Shown here: positions 30,980 through 39,789 of the stretch, piece by piece
Position numbering within the stretch: the stretch's first letter is position 1
Layout of the letters: the number at the start of each line of letters is the position of its first letter
Assembly: GCA_051954235.1 (NCBI GenBank)
Contig: JBQCHY010000056.1
Coordinates: forward strand, 4,499 to 68,498
Direction of reading: 5' to 3'
DNA from: Xanthobacteraceae bacterium
GTDB lineage: Bacteria > Pseudomonadota > Alphaproteobacteria > Rhizobiales > Xanthobacteraceae
Length of the DNA: 64,000 nucleotides
The notes under the pieces: generated by a model
The model's database searches: none
Told to the model about the DNA's origin: nothing
What the model saw: only the letters and a program-made list of their open reading frames with translations
Position numbers and translations under genes: made by a program

Positions 30980-32476
30980 TCAATTTCTTCGTACGAGCCA
31001 TGCCCCGCCCACAAATGACAGGTATAGACACTCCACAACGACGCCACAGACAATTGCATTTGCCAAATGTACAGCAGCCAGCTTCGTAAACAAAGCAACA
31101 CCGAAGACAAGGCCGACGACCAACAACCACCGGCCAACAACTGCTCGCGTTGAAAAGCCGCAAGATCGAAATGCAAAGACTGTCCATGTCAACGAGTACA
31201 CAGTATGCACTAGAGCGAAGGCCAAGGTCGCAGCCAAAACGTTCACTGTGATCATCGCTGTAAATTGTATCGCAACTAGAACGGTGATGGCCGAGACAAC
31301 ACTCAGAATTAGCGCCAGGAACTGCCGACCCACAACATCATAAATTCGATCGTATCCAGCAGCGAGCGCCATCAGAAAGCACGGCAACACTAGAATTTGC
31401 AAGATATATCCTGCACCAAGCCATTCCTCTCCCAAAAGCGTTGAAATAATTTGCGGGCCAATAATCATCAATATTCCGACAGGCCCTGCCATCAACACAC
31501 CGACAATCAAATAACAGCTACTTAAGGGACGCTCCCAATTCTCCAAATTATCGAGGCTGCGAGAAAGACGGGAGAAAATAACCTGCCCGAATGCCGCGGG
31601 AAGAAGCGAAAGGGGTTGAAAGGAAAGCTTGAATGCCATCGAGAATGCCCCGGCAGCATGCGGAGAAATCACAGATCCAAGAATCACTGCAGGAAAATAA
31701 CTATATGCAGCCGACGAAAACGAGTTTGGCATCTGGAATGCAGGAAATCGAAAGTGACGACGCGCAACACGTCTAAGATTGGGCCAATCAAATCCGCTTC
31801 GAAAAACGGATAACAAGATCTGGCGTCGCGAGATTCTGATCCAAACGACAAGCATACCTGCCGCTTGCCCACCAATAAATCCCCAAACCAGACCGACCGC
31901 TCCGACTGCCCAAATACCAAATAGCGCTTGGATTACCAAGGTAACGATCGAGACCGACACTCCGGCGACAGCAACCGCAGAGAATGCCTCGATACGGATG
32001 CACCACTGCGTAGCCAGCATATATTGTCCAGCACAGAACAATGCTGGAGGTAGCAACCAAATAAGAGGCTTCATTGTGGAGCTCAAGCCGGGGTTGCCTC
32101 CAAACAATACAACAACCACTGCAATGCCCGTCAGCAGCATAGAGCCAATTATAATGAGCCATGTTGTTAAGGCTGCGAGCAGTACAATATTATCTTTCTC
32201 AGGATCCACCACCAGAGCGAGTTCGTACCGCATAGTCACAAGCACGGCACATAACATATGCACAGAGAGAAAGATTGAATACAAACCAAAGTCCGTGGGA
32301 CTAAACAGTCGAGCAATTATTATAGTGCCGACAAAATTGAGAAATTGGGCTGCGCCAGAGCCGCTCGTTAAGATAGACGCCATACGCGCGAGAGAGCGCA
32401 AGGAGGTGACGTTCGGCACAGCTGAAGTCACAGCATCCTTTCGTAATTCGTTTCGAAATTTCTCACAGTCCGTCAT
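30980..32476 (-). CDS. Wzx-type oligosaccharide flippase (MOP superfamily)
   Basis: The 498-aa protein has about 12-14 TMs and an N-terminal GSGAAQFLNFVGTIIIARLFSPTDFG polysaccharide-biosynthesis-protein motif. The ATGA overlap with the upstream gene suggests coupling. Confidence 0.8.
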   Translation of the reverse strand: MTDCEKFRNELRKDAVTSAVPNVTSLRSLARMASILTSGSGAAQFLNFVGTIIIARLFSPTDFGLYSIFLSVHMLCAVLVTMRYELALVVDPEKDNIVLLAALTTWLIIIGSMLLTGIAVVVVLFGGNPGLSSTMKPLIWLLPPALFCAGQYMLATQWCIRIEAFSAVAVAGVSVSIVTLVIQALFGIWAVGAVGLVWGFIGGQAAGMLVVWIRISRRQILLSVFRSGFDWPNLRRVARRHFRFPAFQMPNSFSSAAYSYFPAVILGSVISPHAAGAFSMAFKLSFQPLSLLPAAFGQVIFSRLSRSLDNLENWERPLSSCYLIVGVLMAGPVGILMIIGPQIISTLLGEEWLGAGYILQILVLPCFLMALAAGYDRIYDVVGRQFLALILSVVSAITVLVAIQFTAMITVNVLAATLAFALVHTVYSLTWTVFAFRSCGFSTRAVVGRWLLVVGLVFGVALFTKLAAVHLANAIVCGVVVECLYLSFVGGAWLVRRN

Positions 32477-33768
32477 ACGTCAAATGGTTTCCGCATCTTT
32501 TGAAGGATAGTTTTGAAGGAGCGACTAACCCGGTCATCAACATCCTCGGCAAAGTGGCCGCATAATCCGAACGCTGATTGGAAGCCTTCCACTTCGTATC
32601 CGCCTTCCCTTATTTGCGTGGAAGTCGGAACGTAAAGCGGACGACCAACGCCATATCCCGTCGCGATAGAGGAGCTTGGAAGATTTAAAATCGGAACCCA
32701 TTCGCCTAGGAGCTCCCCGGACGAAATGACAATCGATAGATTCCCGGAAAAGTTGAGTGCCGACATATTCAACGAAATTTGTGCACCGCTGTTATCGAAA
32801 AATACAGCGGGACTTCGCATATTTTCGAAAGCCATCATTGAACAAATCGTTGGCGAAGGCATAAGCTCAAGAGCAGCCATTACACTGCTTGAGACGCCTT
32901 CACAGTAATCGCAAAACCCTTTCATTGTCTGGTAAGGTAGTAGCTGATGAAAGGGCAGAGACTTGGCTACAACCTGCTTGAATGTCAACGGGAGGGCCGG
33001 CGCAAAATTAGGTATTGCCGATCCCGCGAAGCCCGGAAGAAAAAGCACAGGCAAATCAGACCCGTATTGTCTTCGCACTTGTAGACGTACTGCTCCGGGA
33101 AAGTCAGGCGATACTGAATCGATCCGTGGATAGAAGGCCGGATGGGCTGCTATTGACCAAATAATTGCTTCGATACCTTTGGTTGAGAAGAACGCCCAGG
33201 CCTTAAGCATATTATCGGCAAATCCGTTTGGGTTCCGTGCTTGCGCGACTCTTTTGCCGAACTTCGGAAGACGCCCCCTTTTCAAATCCGAGTACGTCAG
33301 TACCCAGCTGGGGCGGCGCCTATTTACCGCATAACCTCCGTAGACCGCGGTCGCGGCGAGTTTCAGTTCCATAAACTGACTGCCCAACTTCGCCTTGATA
33401 GCACCTGATATGCGTTCAATGCAGCTTTCATAATATGCTTCATCGACTGCACCCAAGCTGGGGGTGGATCGAGCTAATGCCGGTGCATTATGAGTATGGC
33501 TGGCAACGAGCAGCAAGCAAGCCGGACTTATTCCAATGGCTTGAGCGAGTGCGGCGTGAAATTCGGCCTCAATAAACAAAGTATCAAGCGTAACAAGAAC
33601 TACAAAAGCGGGGCCTGAGGCGATAAGCAGCACGTTCGCCTCAAGTTTTCCATCTATTCTGCGAAACACGCCCGATCTCGCGCTATAGCCTGCCAAAGGA
33701 ACCGGCTGGCTCGGAGTGATATCAATGGTAACAAACTCGAACAAAGGTGAATCAAGATGCTCTGGCAT
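32473..33768 (-). CDS. Neutral/alkaline-ceramidase-like amidohydrolase domain protein (function unknown)
   Basis: The N-terminal pattern is IDITPSQPVPLAGYSARSG...LEANVLLI...VVLVTLDTLFI...LLVASHTHNAPAL. It mirrors the bacterial ceramidase-N-domain pattern (DITPP.G.PLAGY...ALVL....V..DL......SATHTHSGP). No signal peptide is evident. Confidence 0.45.
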   Translation of the reverse strand: MPEHLDSPLFEFVTIDITPSQPVPLAGYSARSGVFRRIDGKLEANVLLIASGPAFVVLVTLDTLFIEAEFHAALAQAIGISPACLLLVASHTHNAPALARSTPSLGAVDEAYYESCIERISGAIKAKLGSQFMELKLAATAVYGGYAVNRRRPSWVLTYSDLKRGRLPKFGKRVAQARNPNGFADNMLKAWAFFSTKGIEAIIWSIAAHPAFYPRIDSVSPDFPGAVRLQVRRQYGSDLPVLFLPGFAGSAIPNFAPALPLTFKQVVAKSLPFHQLLPYQTMKGFCDYCEGVSSSVMAALELMPSPTICSMMAFENMRSPAVFFDNSGAQISLNMSALNFSGNLSIVISSGELLGEWVPILNLPSSSIATGYGVGRPLYVPTSTQIREGGYEVEGFQSAFGLCGHFAEDVDDRVSRSFKTILQKMRKPFDV

Positions 33769-33950
33769 TATCTCCCCCTTGACCCCTCAATCAAAATGCT
33801 TGGACATTCGCAACAATAAAGGGATCTCAGTTTGAAAGACCGTATGTAGCCTCTCATGATAATGCAGCAATTTCTTTCAAATCGTGTCTCTGCCATCAGA
33901 GTGTCGTAGGCTAACGAAATGGGTGGCGCATGCTTCGCAAACCGACCTGA

Positions 33951-34907
33951 TCATTTTAAGAACGATGCCAGCTTTCGAATAAGAGGCACTACGGATAATT
34001 TCCTCTTCAAACGTATCACTCCATCTCGGCAAGAGACGAAATATCCTTGCTCATCACGGCTCACCGTACCTGGGGAGTCGCGCATACCCTCGCGTTTCTC
34101 AAAATTTAATACCTCCCAGCGTTGCCCCCGATAGAATCCGGTTGGCGGCTCAAGACAATTCAGCCAAGAATCAGTTCCCCGCAACAGATGCCAAATCCGC
34201 TCGATCGGCCAATTTCCCCAATCGATTATCGAACGATGTTCTTCAGGCTTGAGAATGCGGGCTCGGATCGTTGAAGACAACGCGGGTTGAGTCGTGCGCA
34301 CGGCGATACCAGCCTCAATATCATCGAGAGCCTTTAACAGAAGGGGAATGCCCGTGTCCCCAATAAGTTTGTTGACCAAATCTGGTGACTTTATTCCCAA
34401 CGGGACAGATATTCTCGTTTGTTGAATAATGTCGCCGGTATCTTCTTTGGCATCTACATAATGCACCGTAATTCCAGGGGAAAGCTCCTGAAAATAATAC
34501 TGCCAGAACTCAGGGTTCGGACCGCGATATTCAGGAAGATATGACGGATGCAGATTTATCGTTCCATGGGGCGGCAGTTCAAACACGTTCCGAGGCAAAA
34601 GCTGCGACATTGAGAAAACGACAATTATGTCCGGCGCTATTCCTTTGATCCAGGAAGCAGACTTGTCCATGGTATCGCGCGAGAGCCAAAAATATGGAAT
34701 GTGGCGCTGCCGACAAATCTGTTTAAGCGTAGATAGTCGTCTTACGAATAGGCCGAGAACGGCTCGAATTTGTCTCCGAGCCTTGTGCTTGACTGTCGGT
34801 CGATACTCTCGGGGCGCTGCTTCCGCTGCTCCAACGACGATGTGGCGGGACCTTAATAGCGGTTCAACCACCATTGAGTTTCCCTGTGTTATAATTAAGA
34901 CGCGCAT
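33951..34907 (-). CDS. Formyltransferase-family protein (Fmt/ArnA-N/sugar N-formyltransferase-like)
   Basis: It has MRVLIITQG, DIIVVFSMSQLLP and INLHPSYLPEYRGPNP (the HxSLLPxxRG motif). A C-terminal OB-like extension is present. Confidence 0.8.
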   Translation of the reverse strand: MRVLIITQGNSMVVEPLLRSRHIVVGAAEAAPREYRPTVKHKARRQIRAVLGLFVRRLSTLKQICRQRHIPYFWLSRDTMDKSASWIKGIAPDIIVVFSMSQLLPRNVFELPPHGTINLHPSYLPEYRGPNPEFWQYYFQELSPGITVHYVDAKEDTGDIIQQTRISVPLGIKSPDLVNKLIGDTGIPLLLKALDDIEAGIAVRTTQPALSSTIRARILKPEEHRSIIDWGNWPIERIWHLLRGTDSWLNCLEPPTGFYRGQRWEVLNFEKREGMRDSPGTVSRDEQGYFVSCRDGVIRLKRKLSVVPLIRKLASFLK

Positions 34908-35089
34908 TGAATTCCCTGACTTATTCGATCTCACACGACTCGGCTACGAAACCAAGCGGTGAGATCGGAAGCTTACATTTCTCCAGCTATCTTGAATGGT
35001 AAATTACGAAAGTGGTTCGGTCACCACTCGATCCAAAGGACTCAGATCACTCGATTAGCACGTCGGTGATAGATATAGTTATGTCCACA

Positions 35090-35910
35090 AGTATCGTTTG
35101 AGAAATGCAAGGGCTAGCACCGCTGCAACGGCAATTGAATGCCAGCACCGATAAATCGCTTCTACACTGCGCAGGCCGTTAATTGCTTCTGCGAGGGCAT
35201 TGCCGTCGATATCTCCAACGTCTCGAATAGGCGGCCCAAAGCCGACTTTGGTCAGAATTGAGCGTCCTTAATGGTTACATGCCGGCTAACCCTGTCGCTA
35301 TAGTAAGTTTAAAGGCCCACCGCAATAAGGCGTGCCGCCGATCCCGGAGGAGTATTCCGGTCCTTCGAGCATAAAACCGGTATACAGCGATCATCAGCCG
35401 GCAAAGGGAAGTCGGAAAGCCAGAAACGTTTATTGTGGTGTCTTGATTGATCGGTTGACTCGATCCGGAAGATCCTGCGTCGTCCTACCGCCGGCAGCGG
35501 CTTTAACGAGTTCACCGCGGACGCTCGCTTGCTTGCCCATCTCCCATCAGTCGCGACATCTTGCAGCAAACAACATCGAAACTTTCGCACTTGGTTCGTC
35601 ACCAAGGTTTACACACAGGACATGCTCTTCAAACACTCGTCGGATATTGATCTTGACACTGGCGCCCCGACAGCCTGGCGGGATAGGCGATTGGTGACAT
35701 AGACGTGGTAGGTAGACGCGAAGACCGGCAGAACCTTGCAGATCGGCTCGCCTTGTGCTCCCCGTGATGATCGTCGATAAAGACGATCATCAGTTGTTCG
35801 GAGGTCAAGCTCCGCCGTCGCAAAAAGTAAGCGCTCAATTTACGTAAGATCTCATTGATCTGTTGAAGTTCACGGCTAGTCCACTTTGGCGCCTTTTGCT
35901 TTTCCGTCAA
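35090..35910 (-). mobile_element. IS3-family transposase debris (different IS from the one at 3956-4838), multiple frameshifts and internal deletion
   Basis: On the minus strand: ...RELQQINEILRKLSAYF (orfA leucine-zipper end), MIVFIDDHHGEH (orfB start), NKRFWLSDF (catalytic-core region) and DGNALAEAINGLRSVEAIYR (rve C-terminal block). They lie in different frames and no intact ORF remains. Confidence 0.6.
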
Positions 35911-36142
35911 GCCTGCCGGGACATCAACACGCTTGCATGTTGATGTCCGCCTTCTTCACGCAGGTATCGGAGCGTCTCGTTCGTTATCGATCAATATCAC
36001 TCCACCCTCTCAAGAGTTTGGGCGGTCGGCCAACTTCGGCACCGCTCTATCGCAGCTGCTTTGCCGATCCTCATTCAACGGCTAGGCTGAAGATACTTAT
36101 CCGAGTTTCACAACACCTAAAGCATCCGCTGGAGCCCATTCC

Positions 36143-37336
36143 ATGCCGTTTCCGTCTGCCTCCGCGGCGCTCGCCCGCTTCACCGTGCTCGATCTCACCC
36201 GCGTCCGCTCGGGCCCCACGGCCGTCCGGCAGCTTGCGGACTGGGGTGCGAACGTCATCAAGATCGAAGCCTTGACCGAAGGCGCGAGCGGCGAACAGCC
36301 GGGCGGCCCGCGTCATGGCTCGGACTTCCAGAACTTGCATCGCAACAAACGCGCCATCGCGCTCGATCTGAAGAAGCCGGAAGGTCTCGCCGTCTTTCTG
36401 CGTCTCGCGGCAAAGGCGGATGTGGTGGTCGAGAACTTCCGGCCGGACGTCAAGACTAAGCTCGGCATCGATTACGAGAGCCTGCGCCGGATCAATCCGC
36501 GGCTTGTCTACGGCAGCATTTCGGGCTTCGGCCAGGACGGCCCCTATCACAAGCGGCCCGGCTTCGATCAGATCGCGCAAGGCATGGGCGGGCTGATGTC
36601 GATCACCGGCGCGCCTGGACAAGGCCCGATGCGCGTCGGCATTCCGGTCGCCGACCTCACTGCAGGTCTATTCTGCGCCATGGGCATCCTCACCGCGCTA
36701 CTGGAGCGCGACGTCTCCGGCGAAGGCCAGTGGGTGCAGACCTCCCTGCTGCAAGCTCAGATCTTCATGCTGGATTTTCAGGCGGCCCGCTGGCTGATGG
36801 AAAAAGAGATCGCAAAGCAGGCCGGCAACAACCATCCGACCAGCATTCCGACCGGTGTCTTCAAGACCTCGGACGGATTCATCAACATCGCGACGACCGG
36901 GGGCAAGATCTGGGAACGCTGCGCCGAAGCCCTCGGATCGCCGGAGTGGATCACAGACCCCGCTTATGCGACCGCGTCGGCACGTTCGATAAACCGCGAC
37001 ACGCTCAACGCCGCGATCGAAACCCGCACCGCGACGCGAACCACCAGCGAATGGGTGGAGAAGCTGAATGGCGCGGGCGTCCCGTGCGGCCCGATCTACA
37101 GCATCGATCAAACTTTCGCCGATCCGCAAGTGCGGCATCTGCACATGGCGCAGCAGGTGCCGACCGACGATGGGCGCGAATTCGAATTGGTCTCGCAACC
37201 CGTCACCCTGTCACGCACCCCGAGCCGTATCGCCATGCGCCCGCCGGAGTTCAGCGAGCATACTGACGAGGTGTTACGGGAATTCGGTTTCAGCGCCGAC
37301 GAGATCGCGGCCTTGAAACGAAGCGGCGCGGTTTAG
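36143..37336 (+). CDS. Family III CoA-transferase (CaiB/BaiF family)
   Basis: It has FTVLDLTRVRSGPTAVRQLADWGANVIKIE and ...ENFRPDV...YGSISGFGQDGPY, over the full length. Confidence 0.9.
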   Translation: MPFPSASAALARFTVLDLTRVRSGPTAVRQLADWGANVIKIEALTEGASGEQPGGPRHGSDFQNLHRNKRAIALDLKKPEGLAVFLRLAAKADVVVENFRPDVKTKLGIDYESLRRINPRLVYGSISGFGQDGPYHKRPGFDQIAQGMGGLMSITGAPGQGPMRVGIPVADLTAGLFCAMGILTALLERDVSGEGQWVQTSLLQAQIFMLDFQAARWLMEKEIAKQAGNNHPTSIPTGVFKTSDGFINIATTGGKIWERCAEALGSPEWITDPAYATASARSINRDTLNAAIETRTATRTTSEWVEKLNGAGVPCGPIYSIDQTFADPQVRHLHMAQQVPTDDGREFELVSQPVTLSRTPSRIAMRPPEFSEHTDEVLREFGFSADEIAALKRSGAV

Positions 37337-37350
37337 AGCGAGATTTAGTC

Positions 37351-37443
37351 GTCATTGCGAGCGAAGCGAAGCAATCCAGCTCGTTGAAACAGAACTGGAT
37401 TGCTTCGTCGCTAACGCTCCTCGCAATGACGAGTTATTTTTTT
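37351..37443 (+). repeat. REP-type palindromic element (GTCATTGCGAG...CGAAGCAATCCAG / CTGGATTGCTTCG...CTCGCAATGAC) followed by a T7 run; likely intrinsic terminator
   Basis: The arms at 37351-37379 and 37395-37430 pair (11-bp and 13-bp perfect segments), and TTTTTTT follows at 37437-37443. The motif, which translates as ...LDCFVA..PRNDE, is a recurrent intergenic repeat in Bradyrhizobium-group genomes (from memory). Confidence 0.6.
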
Positions 37444-37493
37444 GCCGGACGCAGATATTCCCGCCTCCGGCCTTTTAAACACCAATACCGCAA

Positions 37494-38249
37494 TCAGGCT
37501 TCGACCACGCGCTCATTGAAGACGCGACGGCAATCCATTTCATATTCAAGGTCGACCACCGGTGGCCGGTTGAAATGCCACGTCAGGCCGTTGCGGAAGA
37601 CGCCCCGCTTCGCCAACTCGCCTTCAAGGAACGGGAAGATGTCGTGCACGGTGTAGAGCTGCACGCCGGTCAGCTTGCTCCAGTCGCCGCCGAACGCCGC
37701 CATGCGGCGCTCCATTTCGCCGAGCACCCACTTGGCCTTTTCCACCATCGCGGCCGGGCTGGTGTCACCGAGGCGGATCGCATGTTCGCGATAGTCGCCC
37801 TTGCCCTCCGGCGCCTCGCCGCTGCCGGCAACCACGAAGGAATCTGGCGCGTTGGACGCGGCGACCGTAAAGGAAAACGCATGAAAGCTCGGCACCGCTG
37901 GCGGATTCACCTTCGGGCAGACGTTACTGCGTGCCACCGGATTGGTGCCGCCCTTCATGAGGCCCCACTGATCGAGGAACTGGGTATATTCCCCATTGAA
38001 GCTCTTGAAACCGCTTTCGGTGAACGGCGCCGGCGATCGCAACTCACAAGCAGCAAACGCGGTCAATGGACGCCCGGCCGCCTTGATGATTTCGGCCGCG
38101 CGCGCAAAGCCCTCCTTGAGCGGCACCGGATTGGCAAACCGGACGCGCTCGATGGCAAAGCCCGGCAGGGCGCCAACGCCCGCGGAGTATTGGCTGACGC
38201 CGGGGATGAACCTGTAGCCACCGTCACGCAGTTCAACAGTCTCGGTCAT
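37494..38249 (-). CDS. Conserved hypothetical protein, 251 aa, function unknown
   Basis: It is a clean ORF with coding-like composition between the REP element and the liv-type operon. I recognise no motif. Confidence 0.6.
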   Translation of the reverse strand: MTETVELRDGGYRFIPGVSQYSAGVGALPGFAIERVRFANPVPLKEGFARAAEIIKAAGRPLTAFAACELRSPAPFTESGFKSFNGEYTQFLDQWGLMKGGTNPVARSNVCPKVNPPAVPSFHAFSFTVAASNAPDSFVVAGSGEAPEGKGDYREHAIRLGDTSPAAMVEKAKWVLGEMERRMAAFGGDWSKLTGVQLYTVHDIFPFLEGELAKRGVFRNGLTWHFNRPPVVDLEYEMDCRRVFNERVVEA

Positions 38250-38303
38250 GATGACGCTTTACCTCTTTTGGTCGGGAGAAGAAGGGTGACGGGCGCGCTG
38301 GAA

Positions 38304-39053
38304 CTACTTGAGCACGCCCAGATAGGCTTCGCCGATGATCGGATCGGCGAGGAGATCCTGTCCGGAGCCGGATCGCACGATCCGGCCCATATCCATCACG
38401 AACGCGGTATGGCAGAGGTCCAGCGCGGTGATGACGTCCTGCTCCACCAGCAGGATCGACATGCCCTCGCCGTTCAGCGTCCGCAGTGCGGCGACAAGCT
38501 GTTCGACAAGTAGCGGCGACAGGCCAAGCGACAACTCGTCCACCATCAGCAGCTTCGGCGCACTCATCAGGCCACGACCGATCGCGCACATCTGTTGCTC
38601 GCCGCCTGACAACGTTGCCGATGCCTGGTTGCGGCGTTCGAACAATTTCGGGAATGTCGTGTAGACGCGGTCAAGATCGCGCTTCAATTCGGACGACGAG
38701 ACGTGGCGCGAATAGGCGCCCATCAGCAGGTTATCCTCGACGCTCATGGCGCCGAACAGGCGCCGGCCTTCCGGCACATGCACGATGCCGCGCGACAGGA
38801 TGGTCGCCGCAGTGGCCTTTGAGAGATCCTCGCCCTCGCAGAGATAGGCCCCGGACTGCACCGGAATCAATCCAGAGAGCGCACGCATCAAGGTGGTCTT
38901 GCCGGCGCCGTTGGAGCCGATCAACGCGGTGATTTCACCCGTGCGCACGGCAAGGTCGATGCCCCACAGCACCTGAATCTCGCCGTAACCGGCGCGCAAG
39001 CCCTTCAATTCGATAATCGCAGCATCGGCCGCCAAAGGATCAACCATGGGCAC
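38304..39053 (-). CDS. HAAT-family (branched-chain amino acid type) ABC transporter ATP-binding protein, LivF-like
   Basis: It has Walker A GSNGAGKTT, signature LSGGEQQM and Walker B LLMVDE. Confidence 0.9.
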   Translation of the reverse strand: MPMVDPLAADAAIIELKGLRAGYGEIQVLWGIDLAVRTGEITALIGSNGAGKTTLMRALSGLIPVQSGAYLCEGEDLSKATAATILSRGIVHVPEGRRLFGAMSVEDNLLMGAYSRHVSSSELKRDLDRVYTTFPKLFERRNQASATLSGGEQQMCAIGRGLMSAPKLLMVDELSLGLSPLLVEQLVAALRTLNGEGMSILLVEQDVITALDLCHTAFVMDMGRIVRSGSGQDLLADPIIGEAYLGVLK

Positions 39054-39789
39054 CCATCCTTTGCGCGTATTGCTGACCGAGATAGGCCTCGATCACCGCA
39101 GGATTGGTCATCACATCGCGCGGCTGGCCGTCGGCGATGAGTTGTCCGTTATGCAGCACGACGATACGCGAACAGACGTTGAGCACCACCTTCATCAGGT
39201 GCTCGATCAGGACGATGGTGATGCCGTCCGCCGCAAGCTGGTGGATCAATTCGGTCGCGCGCTCGACCTCGGCGCTGTTGAGGCCGGCATTGACCTCGTC
39301 GAGAAACAACAGCTTGGGCCGCATTGCCAGTGCCTTCGCCAGTTCCAGCCGCTTGCGCATCGCCAGCGTCAGGGTCGCCGCCTGCTGGCCGGATTGCGCT
39401 TCGAGCCCGACGAACGCGAGATGCCGCCGCGCCTCTTCGCGCGCCGCCTTCAGGCCCTCGCCCGGTTGCGAGAACAACGCGGCCGCGGCAACGTTATCGA
39501 GCGCGCTGAATTGGGCGAACGGCTGAACGATCTGGAAGGTCCGCGACAGGCCAAGCCGCGCCGATCGATAGGTTTTCACCCTGGTGATGTCCTGGCCGTC
39601 GAACTTGACCGTGCCGGCGGTGGCGGGAGTCACGCCGGTCACGACGTTGACCAGCGTGGTCTTGCCCGCGCCGTTCGGCCCGATCAGGCCGATCACCTCG
39701 CCCTTGTTCACGGTGAGCGAGACGTCACGCAGCGCTTGAAGCCCGCCGAAGCGGCGCGAGACCGATTGAAGGTGAAGAATCTCAGACAT
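39040..39789 (-). CDS. HAAT-family ABC transporter ATP-binding protein, LivG-like
   Basis: It has Walker A GPNGAGKTT, Walker B LLFLDEVNAGL and the LivG-type C-terminus. It overlaps both neighbouring genes. Confidence 0.9.
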   Translation of the reverse strand: MSEILHLQSVSRRFGGLQALRDVSLTVNKGEVIGLIGPNGAGKTTLVNVVTGVTPATAGTVKFDGQDITRVKTYRSARLGLSRTFQIVQPFAQFSALDNVAAAALFSQPGEGLKAAREEARRHLAFVGLEAQSGQQAATLTLAMRKRLELAKALAMRPKLLFLDEVNAGLNSAEVERATELIHQLAADGITIVLIEHLMKVVLNVCSRIVVLHNGQLIADGQPRDVMTNPAVIEAYLGQQYAQRMGAHG

